Origin: an uncultured Gemmatimonadales bacterium
GTDB taxonomy: Bacteria > Gemmatimonadota > Gemmatimonadetes > Gemmatimonadales > Gemmatimonadaceae
Assembly: GCA_963851265.1 (NCBI GenBank)
Contig: CAWKNZ010000002.1
Location: forward strand, 608,001-672,000
Reading direction: 5' to 3'
DNA length: 64,000 bases
In this document: positions 25,341 to 33,115 of the stretch, in pieces
How the letters are laid out: every line of letters begins with the position of its first letter
Numbering within the stretch: the first letter of the stretch is position 1
The notes under the pieces: generated by a model
What the model saw: the letters and a program-made list of their open reading frames with translations, nothing else
What the model was told of the DNA's origin: nothing
The model's database searches: none
Position numbers and translations under genes: made by a program

Positions 25341-26030
25341 CTACGGTCGGAACGTCTCCGACCGCACCTCGAAGTGCCTCGTCTCCCCGCCCAGCACCCG
25401 CTCCGCCAGCACCTTCAGCCCGTTGCCTAACGCCGTGCCCGGGCTGCGACGCCCGCGCACCGCCGGCCGCAGCTCCCCGCGCAGCCAGCGCTCGACCTCG
25501 TCGAGGTCCGAGAGCGACAGCGTCTCGACGTCGATCACGACGTTGTAGTACGCCCGCTTCCCCCGCGGCGCGACGATCGCCGGGCGAAACGGCCGCTCGG
25601 CCGCCGCCGCCGCCTCGTCCAACTCGGCGAAGCGTCCCAGAAACGTGATCTGGTCGTCGACGATCCGCGCCACGTCGTACACCTTGGCCAGCGGGTCCAG
25701 CCGCACCACGACGTCCCACTCGCGCGTAGCCTGCAGGTCGTTGAACACGCGCCCCACCGTCCACAGCTCGGTCTTGTAGTGGATGCGCACGGGGAAGCTG
25801 TGGCCCAGCAGATCGCGCAACTCCCGGTCGTCCAGCACGCGTACGACGCGCACGAGCGGGCCCTCCGCCGCGAGCGACGCCTGTGCCGGCAGGCGGATCT
25901 CCGCACCCGCGCGCTGCGCGCCGGCCCGCGCCGGCCCGACCGCGGCGAGCGCTACGAGCAGCACTGCCAGCCCGAAGGCGAGCGAACGCCAGCGGCGCAC
26001 GTCGCGCCATCCCAGGACGGTCCGCCGCAC
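25341..26030 (-). CDS. Exported protein, DUF4390-like
   Basis: Signal-peptide-like N-terminus, beta-rich body (VRLDPLAKVYDV); last gene of a kinase/regulator operon. Start approximate. Confidence 0.55.
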   Translation of the reverse strand: MRRTVLGWRDVRRWRSLAFGLAVLLVALAAVGPARAGAQRAGAEIRLPAQASLAAEGPLVRVVRVLDDRELRDLLGHSFPVRIHYKTELWTVGRVFNDLQATREWDVVVRLDPLAKVYDVARIVDDQITFLGRFAELDEAAAAAERPFRPAIVAPRGKRAYYNVVIDVETLSLSDLDEVERWLRGELRPAVRGRRSPGTALGNGLKVLAERVLGGETRHFEVRSETFRP

Positions 26031-26035
26031 GTCGC

Positions 26036-29000
26036 CTAGAATCGGCGCTGCAGTCGCAGGAACACCGTCAACGGCCGGTCGGGCGCGGTCACGCTCTTGG
26101 CCAGGTACACGCCGAACGCGCCGATGTCGCGGCTGCCGTGCGGATGCCCGAAGTCGATGCCCGCGCCGAGATCGGCCAGCGTCGTCCCGAGCGCGGGGAG
26201 CGTGCCCGCCGCGTACTCGATCGACCCTTGACGCGGGCCGACGAGCCAGCCGCGCCCGGCGTCCGCGAACACCACCCACGTGAACTCGGTACGCAGCCCG
26301 CGCCGCACGCGCTCGCCACCCTCGTCGCCGGTGAACAGCCCCACACGCACGTCCGTCCGGTACTCGACCTGCCCGAGCGCGATCCGCTCGCACTGGGCCG
26401 GGTCGCCCGAGGGTTGCAGGCCGCGCACGCTGCAATCGGCCACGTCGAACCCGCCCGTGCCTGCGGCCTGACGGAAGCTGTACCCCGCAATCGCCCCCGG
26501 CCCGCTCACCGACAGACGTCGTTCCAGGGGCAGCGCGTCACCGTGCAGCCTCCCGCCCGCGACGAGTCGGAGGTTCAACTGCGCGTCGGGCGTGAGCCGG
26601 TTGTAGCGCCGCACGTCGAGGAAGCCGCGCCCGTACGCGCGGTGTCCGGGCGTCTCGTCGCGCGCGCCGGGCACCGGGCGCGTGCCGCGCTCGGCGATGT
26701 CGGCCGAGACCGGGGCGAAGTCGTCGAGCGTGCCCGTCCCGTACTCGTAGTCGGCGGCGACATACCATCCCGCCCACGGCCGGTTCACGTCGTTCCGCGT
26801 GTCGATCCGCACGTTGGCCGTGATCAGGTGCATGCGCCCCTCGTCCACCGCCGGATTCGGGCGCCACACCTCGCGGCCGCGCAGGATCGTCGCGGGGTTG
26901 AGCTGCGGGCGCGTGCGCCAGCGCTCGTCGGCGTAGCCCAGGGTCAGCGACGCGTCCGGGCCGAGGTCGGCGCCAGCCGAGACCGCCGCGCCGTGCCGCC
27001 CGTACCAGTCGCGGAAGTCGCGCCGCAGCAGGAATGAAGAGAGCCCCGTCTCCGTCGGTGACAGCTGCCAGTCCTCCACCGGCACGACGACGTCATACAG
27101 TCGGCCGCCCAAGCGCACGTGGCGCCTGCGCCCGACGCGCAGCTCCGCGCGCGCATCGTGTCCGCGGTGTTGCCGGTCCCACTCGAATTCGCCGGCCGTG
27201 CGGTACAGCCCCAGCACGTCGACCGAGAGACGCGCGTCGCGAGCGACCTGCGCCTCGAGCGTGGGCCCGACCACGATCGGAAGTCCTTCGGCCCGGTTGT
27301 ACGCGCCGCCCGACGCGAGCATGAACCCGGCATACGTGCGCGCGCTCGGCGCGCCACCCAGGCGAAAGCGCGCGCGCCGCTCGTCGGTCGCGTCGGGCGC
27401 CAGGGCGTCGGCGTCGCGGACGAGGGTGTCGCCGCGCTGCGCGACCGTCGCCGGCCGCCGGTCGATGCGCAGCTCGCCGCCGAGGAGGGCTTCCCGGCGT
27501 CCGTCCACCAGACCGCCGACGACGAGCACGTCGCCGTCGATCCGCGCACCCGGGCGAAAGGTGAGGTCGCCGTTCACCACCGTCAGTCGGCCCGTGACGC
27601 GCCCCGCCACCGTCACCGGCCCGCTCATAACGGCCACGTCGCCCGCGACCGTGCTGCCGGCGGGCACCACGAACCGGCCGCGCACGCGGAACGTCCCGGG
27701 CGCGTTGTACCGCGCGATGGCATCGGCGATACCGTCCGACGCGGCGTCCGGCACGGTGTCCGGACGTGCGGGCGCCGCGGCCGGCGACGTGGGAGGGTGC
27801 GCCTGGGCGTGCGCGGCCCGCGCCGGCGTGCCCGCGACTCCGACGGCGATGGCGCAGCCGAGCGTGATCGCCAGCCGCCGCATCCGTCGGTAGAGGTTGG
27901 GCCGATCGGTCCTGAGCCGCCGCGCCGCGTCGGCCACGTTGCCTCCCGCGGCCGACAGCGCGCGCACGATCAGCGTGCGTTCGTACGCGTCGAGCGCGTC
28001 GGCGAGCGCGATGTCGAGCCCGGCCGAGTCGGGCAGGGGACCGAGTTCACGCGGCGAGACGTCGGGGCCGCGCTCGTCCGCGTCGCCCGCCCCACCGCCG
28101 GCCCCGAGCACGCGGCGCGCATCCACCGCGCGCACCTCGCCGCCCGGTTGGAGGATCGCGAGCCGCTCCACCACGTTCGCCAGCTCGCGCACGTTGCCCG
28201 GCCACGGGTGTCGCTCCATCACCGCGAGCGCGTCGTCGCTCCACACCGGCGCGGGGCGCCCCGTCCGGGCGCGGTACAGGGACGAGAAGTGCCGCACGAG
28301 CAGGGGGACGTCGCCCGGTCGCTCGCGCAAGGGCGGCAGGTGGATCGGGATCACGTTGAGCCGGAAGAACAGGTCCTCGCGGAACGCGCCCTCGGCGACG
28401 GCGCGCGCGAGCTCCTTGTTCGTGGCCGACACGATCCGCACGTCCACCCGGATCGGCCGCGCGCCGCCCACGCGCTCCACCTCGCCCGCCTCGAGGGCGC
28501 GCAGCAGCTTCGCCTGCGCCTCCGCGCCGAGGTCGCCCACCTCGTCGAGGAACAGCGTGCCGGTGTGGGCCAGCTCGAAGCGCCCGATCCGTCGCTCGGT
28601 GGCGCCGGTGAACGCGCCGCGCTCGTGCCCGAACATCTCGCTCTCGACGAGGTCGCGCGGGATGGCTGCGCAGTTGACGCGCACGAACGGCCGCTCGCGC
28701 CGCGCGCTCGCGGCGTGCAGGCCGGCCGCGACCAGTTCCTTGCCCGTGCCGCTCTCGCCGGTCACCAGCACGCGCGCGTCGGTCGGCCCCACGCGCGCGA
28801 CCATCCCGCGCACCGCGGCCATCGCCGGGCTGTCGCCGATCATCGCCCCGCCGAGCCCGATCTCCTCGCGCAACGCGCGCGCCTCCCGCCGCGCGCGCCG
28901 CAGCTCGAGTGCGCTACCTAACGCCAGCAGGACGCCCTCGGGGGTGAGCGGCTTCTCGAGGAAGGTGAACGCCCCGAGCTTCGTCGCGCGCACGGCGTCG

Positions 29001-29260
29001 CCGAGCGCGGCGCGCCCGCTCATCATCACCACCGGCAGGTCGGGCAGCTGCTCGCGAAGGCGCTCCAGCATCCCGAGCCCGTCGATCGCGCCGGGCATCA
29101 TCAGATCCACGAGCGCGACGTCGGGCTCCGCGGCGCGCACCGCGGCGAGGCCCGCCGTCGCGTCGGGCGCGTCGCGCACGTCGTACCCTTCGCCCGCGAG
29201 CAGCGCGCCGACCATCCGCCGGATGTTCGGCTCGTCGTCGACGATCAGGACACTCGGCAC
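26036..29260 (-). CDS. Sigma-54 response regulator (REC-AAA+-HTH) fused in frame to signal peptide + bactofilin-like repeats + outer-membrane beta-barrel
   Basis: DD..D..K receiver, GESGTGKE, GAFTGA, WPGNVREL, Fis-type HTH; then MRRLAITLGCAIAVGVAGTPARAAHA, VAGDVAV..GPVTVAGRVTG repeats, YNRAEGL, C-terminal FLRLQRRF. Confidence 0.85.
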   Translation of the reverse strand: MPSVLIVDDEPNIRRMVGALLAGEGYDVRDAPDATAGLAAVRAAEPDVALVDLMMPGAIDGLGMLERLREQLPDLPVVMMSGRAALGDAVRATKLGAFTFLEKPLTPEGVLLALGSALELRRARREARALREEIGLGGAMIGDSPAMAAVRGMVARVGPTDARVLVTGESGTGKELVAAGLHAASARRERPFVRVNCAAIPRDLVESEMFGHERGAFTGATERRIGRFELAHTGTLFLDEVGDLGAEAQAKLLRALEAGEVERVGGARPIRVDVRIVSATNKELARAVAEGAFREDLFFRLNVIPIHLPPLRERPGDVPLLVRHFSSLYRARTGRPAPVWSDDALAVMERHPWPGNVRELANVVERLAILQPGGEVRAVDARRVLGAGGGAGDADERGPDVSPRELGPLPDSAGLDIALADALDAYERTLIVRALSAAGGNVADAARRLRTDRPNLYRRMRRLAITLGCAIAVGVAGTPARAAHAQAHPPTSPAAAPARPDTVPDAASDGIADAIARYNAPGTFRVRGRFVVPAGSTVAGDVAVMSGPVTVAGRVTGRLTVVNGDLTFRPGARIDGDVLVVGGLVDGRREALLGGELRIDRRPATVAQRGDTLVRDADALAPDATDERRARFRLGGAPSARTYAGFMLASGGAYNRAEGLPIVVGPTLEAQVARDARLSVDVLGLYRTAGEFEWDRQHRGHDARAELRVGRRRHVRLGGRLYDVVVPVEDWQLSPTETGLSSFLLRRDFRDWYGRHGAAVSAGADLGPDASLTLGYADERWRTRPQLNPATILRGREVWRPNPAVDEGRMHLITANVRIDTRNDVNRPWAGWYVAADYEYGTGTLDDFAPVSADIAERGTRPVPGARDETPGHRAYGRGFLDVRRYNRLTPDAQLNLRLVAGGRLHGDALPLERRLSVSGPGAIAGYSFRQAAGTGGFDVADCSVRGLQPSGDPAQCERIALGQVEYRTDVRVGLFTGDEGGERVRRGLRTEFTWVVFADAGRGWLVGPRQGSIEYAAGTLPALGTTLADLGAGIDFGHPHGSRDIGAFGVYLAKSVTAPDRPLTVFLRLQRRF

Positions 29261-29273
29261 CGTCTACGCCGCG

Positions 29274-29909
29274 TCACCCATGGTCGGCCCGCAGCGCGGC
29301 CGACACGGCCGGCGCGGTCGGCGCGGGGGCTGCGATCCGGTCGGTGAGCAGTTGCGCCGAGTAGCGCTGCGCCTCGGAGATCCGCTCGACCTCGATCGCG
29401 ACTGCCTCGACCGCCTGCTCGATGCGCGCCAGGCGTGCCGCGGCCTCCGGCGCGAGCGCCGCCGTCGTCCCCGCGACGACGCGCCGGCCCGCGATCGCGC
29501 GCGAGATCACGAGCGCGATGAGAAACAGGAACGAGAAGACGATCGCGACCACCGGCACGACGCCGTCCGGCACGCCCTGCGGCCTGCGGTCGTGGTCCGT
29601 CGGCTGGAGCGTGGTTCGCACCATCTCCTGGATCTGGTCGCCGTCCAGCCCGACCTTCGGGTCGATCGTGATCGTCTTGCCGTCGGGGCCCGTCACGACG
29701 ATGCGCCCGCCGGGCTCCTTCACGACGCCCGTGTTCGTCCCCGCCTGCGACAGGTCGCGCGCGGCCTGCGCGGCCAGCCTCCCGGCCTCCCGCCCGGCTT
29801 GCGCCGCGTCGTGGGTCGCCTGGGCGAGGTCGGCCCGATCCTGCGTGCTGATCACCGGGGCCTCGGGACTGGCGGGAGGTGTTGGTTGCGAGATCAGACG
29901 AAAGTTCAT
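29274..29909 (-). CDS. Hypothetical single-pass membrane protein with C-terminal coiled coil
   Basis: One TM helix (VVAIVFSFLFLIALVI) then RLARIEQAVEAVAIEVERISEAQRY; overlaps the kinase stop. Confidence 0.75.
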   Translation of the reverse strand: MNFRLISQPTPPASPEAPVISTQDRADLAQATHDAAQAGREAGRLAAQAARDLSQAGTNTGVVKEPGGRIVVTGPDGKTITIDPKVGLDGDQIQEMVRTTLQPTDHDRRPQGVPDGVVPVVAIVFSFLFLIALVISRAIAGRRVVAGTTAALAPEAAARLARIEQAVEAVAIEVERISEAQRYSAQLLTDRIAAPAPTAPAVSAALRADHG

Positions 29910-31192
29910 GTACGTGTCTCTGAATGGTCGCCGTCCGGGACTGCCGGGGCACCGTGCACCGGCAGAATGAAACGGATCTCCGTCCCGCGCCCTACGGCAC
30001 TGACCGCGTCAACGTGTCCGCCGTGCGCCAGCACCGTCTGCCGCGCGATCGCCAGCCCCAGCCCCGTCCCGTGCGCCTTGTGCGTGACGTAGGGATCCCA
30101 GATGTGCGCGAGCTGCTCGGGCGCGATGCCGGCGCCCGTGTCACGCACCGCGAGTTCGACCGTTCCGTCCACGCGCCCCACGCGCACGTCCACCCGGCCC
30201 CCCGCCGCCGTCGCCTCGACGGCGTTGAGCAGCACGTTCGTGAGCGCCCGCGCCAGCGCGTCGTAGCGCCCCGGCACCAACGGCACGTCGGGCGCGACCT
30301 CCACGGACGCCTGCAGCGTCTCGGGCACGGTGGTCGCGGTCGCCCACCTCGCCAGCTCGCCCAGATCGACGTCGGCGAGCGGTCCATCGGGGAGCCGGCC
30401 GAACTGCGCGAACCCGCGGGCCATCGCCTCTAACCGCGCGGTCTCCGCCGCCAGCACCTCGACCGCCTCGGCCTGGCCGGGAACGGCGTCGCGCCGCAGC
30501 CGGTCCACCGCGAAGCGGATCGGCGTGAGCGGATTCTTGAGCTCGTGCGCCACGCGCCGCGCCGCCTCACGAAACGCCTCCGCCCGCTCGGCTTCGAGCG
30601 CGCGCTCGCGCCCCGCGGCCAGCTCGCGCGCCATCGTGCGCATCCGCCGTCGCAGCACGCGAAACTCCGGCGCGCCACGCGGCTCGGGCTCCTGCGGCAG
30701 CGGCGCCCCCTCCTGGACGAGCCCCGTCCAGCGCACCAGTTGCCCGAGCGGCCGCGACAGCTGCCGGCTGAGGTGCCCCGCCACGCGCGACGCGACGAGC
30801 GTGAGTCCGGCGACGAGCAGCGCCCCGCCCGCAAGCAGCACGCGCGCCACTCGCGGGGCCACGTAGCTGTACCGGCGGGACAGCTCGAGCGACGCGCGCA
30901 GCTCCTGCGCGTGCGCGTCGACCGCCCGGTCGAGCGCGCGGCGCTCGACCGGGGTGAGCGGGCGCGTCCTCCGCGGGTCGGCCGCGGCGCGCGCCGCGGC
31001 GAGCGCCACCTCGCCCGTGGCCGCTGCACGCTCCCACGCGACGCCGCCGCTCAGGAGCGGCACCGCGCGCGCGATCGCGCCCGTCCACGCGAGGGTTAAC
31101 AGCACCGACGGGCAGACGGCGAACAGCAGCAGGATGGCGAAGAGGCGCGCCCGATACGACAGCCGGAGCGGGCGGAGCCGAGTGCGGATCAC
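29906..31192 (-). CDS. Membrane sensor histidine kinase (NtrY-like)
   Basis: Two TM helices, HAMP, ARRVAHELKNPLTPI, NAVEA, DTGAGI, GTGLGL. Start approximate. Confidence 0.9.
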   Translation of the reverse strand: MIRTRLRPLRLSYRARLFAILLLFAVCPSVLLTLAWTGAIARAVPLLSGGVAWERAAATGEVALAAARAAADPRRTRPLTPVERRALDRAVDAHAQELRASLELSRRYSYVAPRVARVLLAGGALLVAGLTLVASRVAGHLSRQLSRPLGQLVRWTGLVQEGAPLPQEPEPRGAPEFRVLRRRMRTMARELAAGRERALEAERAEAFREAARRVAHELKNPLTPIRFAVDRLRRDAVPGQAEAVEVLAAETARLEAMARGFAQFGRLPDGPLADVDLGELARWATATTVPETLQASVEVAPDVPLVPGRYDALARALTNVLLNAVEATAAGGRVDVRVGRVDGTVELAVRDTGAGIAPEQLAHIWDPYVTHKAHGTGLGLAIARQTVLAHGGHVDAVSAVGRGTEIRFILPVHGAPAVPDGDHSETRT

Positions 31193-31222
31193 GGGCGGAC
31201 GCGGGGCAGACGCGGGGGCGAC

Positions 31223-31259
31223 CGCGCGGCAGCGCGCGGCAGCGCGCGGCAGCGCGCGG
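31223..31259. repeat. 10-bp tandem repeat (CGCGCGGCAG) x3.7
   Basis: Read directly; lies in the divergent intergenic region between the kinase and the acyl-CoA ligase. Confidence 0.85.
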
Positions 31260-31405
31260 GGCCAACGGTGCAGGCAACTTAGGGTTCGGACGCCGCGTTC
31301 GGACCGGACCGTGCAGGGGCGCGCGTGTCGCGCTTTACCCCACTCTGGCACGGGGTTACCCTTCGCACGCGATATGGCACGCTTCCGTCCGCGCACGACC
31401 ACCTG

Positions 31406-32998
31406 ATGGCCGACCAGCCGACGCTCGACCAGCTCTTCGCTCAGCGCGCCATCACCCGGGCGGAGCGCCCGCTGGTCGTCGCCGGTGCGCGCACGCTCAC
31501 CTACGCCGACGTCGACCGGCGGGGCGCCGCGCTCGCCGCCGCGCTCGCCGACCTCGGCGTGGCCCGCGGTGACCGCCTCGCCATCGCCCTGCCCAACCGC
31601 GCCGAGTGGATCGTCGTCCTGCGCGCCGCCGCGGCCCTCGGCGCGGTCGTCGTTCCGGTCAACCCGCGGCTCGGTCCGCACGAGCTCAAGTACCAGCTCC
31701 GGCACGCGGGCGCGGCGTGCCTCGTCGTCGCCGACCGCGACGACGGGCTCGACACCCTCACGCTGTACGAGGGCGTGCTCGCCGATCTGCCGGCGCTCCG
31801 CCTGTTAGTCACCGTCGGCGACGAGACGGAGCGCTGGTACGACGACCGGATCTTCCGCCTCGAAGACCTGGTCTCCAAGGGCGAGGGCCGCCGCCCGCCG
31901 ACACCCGACGTCGGGCCCGACGTCGATCTCGCCCAGCTCTACACGTCGGGCACGATGGGCAATCCGAAGGGCGTCCGGTTGAGCCACCGCGCCGTCATCC
32001 AGACGGCGCTGCACACCGGCGAGGCGCTCGGGCTCGGCGATGACGAGCGCATCTTCGCCGCCGTGCCGCTGTTCGCCAGCTTCGGCTTCGGAGTCGCGGT
32101 GGGCACGATCGCGGCGGGGCTCACGCTCGTGCTGCTCGAGCAGTTCACGCCGGACGGCGCGCTCGCGCTGATGCGGAGCGAGCGGGTGACCGTGCTGCAC
32201 GGCGTGCCGACCACGTTCCACCTGCTCATGCGAGCGCCCGGCTTCGACGAGCGCGCCGTGCATGACGGTGGCCTCCGCGTGGGGCTCATCGCCGGCGCGC
32301 CCGCCGACGAGGACCTCCTGCGGCGCGTGCGGCGCTGGTGCGACGTACACGTCGCGTACGGGCTGACCGAAACCGGGCCCGCGGTCACCGTCACCCGGAC
32401 GTCCGACCCGGCCGACAAGCGACTCACCACGGCGGGCCGCCCGCTCCCCGACGTCGACGTGATGGCCGTCGACGTACTCACCGGCCAGCTGCACGGCCCG
32501 CAGGAGGCCGTCGGCGAAATCGCCGTCCGCGGCCCCGGCGTCATGCTCGGCTACGCACGCATGCCCGCCGAATCCGCCCGCGCCCTCACCCCCGAGGGCT
32601 ACTTCCTCACCGGCGACCTCGGCATCCTCGACGAGGACGGCTACCTGCGCATCGTCGGCCGTCGCAAGGAGACCATCCTCCGCGGCGGCTTCCAGATCTA
32701 CCCGCGCGAGATCGAAGATCAGTTGCGCGCCCACCCCGCCATCGACGAAGTGTGCGTCATCGGGGTGCCGCACGACGTGTTGGGCGAGCTGATCTGCGCC
32801 TGCGTCGTCCCGGTCGAAGGCGCCGTGATCACGGGCAAGGACGTGAAGAACTTCGCCCGCGACACCCTGACCGAACACAAAATCCCCGACCTCGTCCGCT
32901 TCTTCGACGCCTTCCCCATGACGGGAAGCGGGAAAGTGAAGCGGCGAGAGCTCGAGCGCGTCGTCGCGCTCGACCCGACCGTCACCGCGGCCGCGTGA
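31406..32998 (+). CDS. Class I adenylate-forming enzyme (acyl-CoA synthetase)
   Basis: [38 protein letters not shown]. Confidence 0.92.
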   Translation: MADQPTLDQLFAQRAITRAERPLVVAGARTLTYADVDRRGAALAAALADLGVARGDRLAIALPNRAEWIVVLRAAAALGAVVVPVNPRLGPHELKYQLRHAGAACLVVADRDDGLDTLTLYEGVLADLPALRLLVTVGDETERWYDDRIFRLEDLVSKGEGRRPPTPDVGPDVDLAQLYTSGTMGNPKGVRLSHRAVIQTALHTGEALGLGDDERIFAAVPLFASFGFGVAVGTIAAGLTLVLLEQFTPDGALALMRSERVTVLHGVPTTFHLLMRAPGFDERAVHDGGLRVGLIAGAPADEDLLRRVRRWCDVHVAYGLTETGPAVTVTRTSDPADKRLTTAGRPLPDVDVMAVDVLTGQLHGPQEAVGEIAVRGPGVMLGYARMPAESARALTPEGYFLTGDLGILDEDGYLRIVGRRKETILRGGFQIYPREIEDQLRAHPAIDEVCVIGVPHDVLGELICACVVPVEGAVITGKDVKNFARDTLTEHKIPDLVRFFDAFPMTGSGKVKRRELERVVALDPTVTAAA

Positions 32999-33115
32999 CC
33001 CGCGACGTGAACGACGAGCCGAGCAGCGCTCCGTCGCACGCCCCTCGGGCCACGCAGGCCGCATGACCGCCGCCCCCGCGCGGCGGCGCCCGCCCAAGAG
33101 CGCGGGCCCCCACAC

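Noticed and set aside
31345..31390. Two TGGCACG boxes upstream of the acyl-CoA ligase as sigma-54 promoters
   Set aside because: Neither has GC at the required GG-N10-GC spacing.
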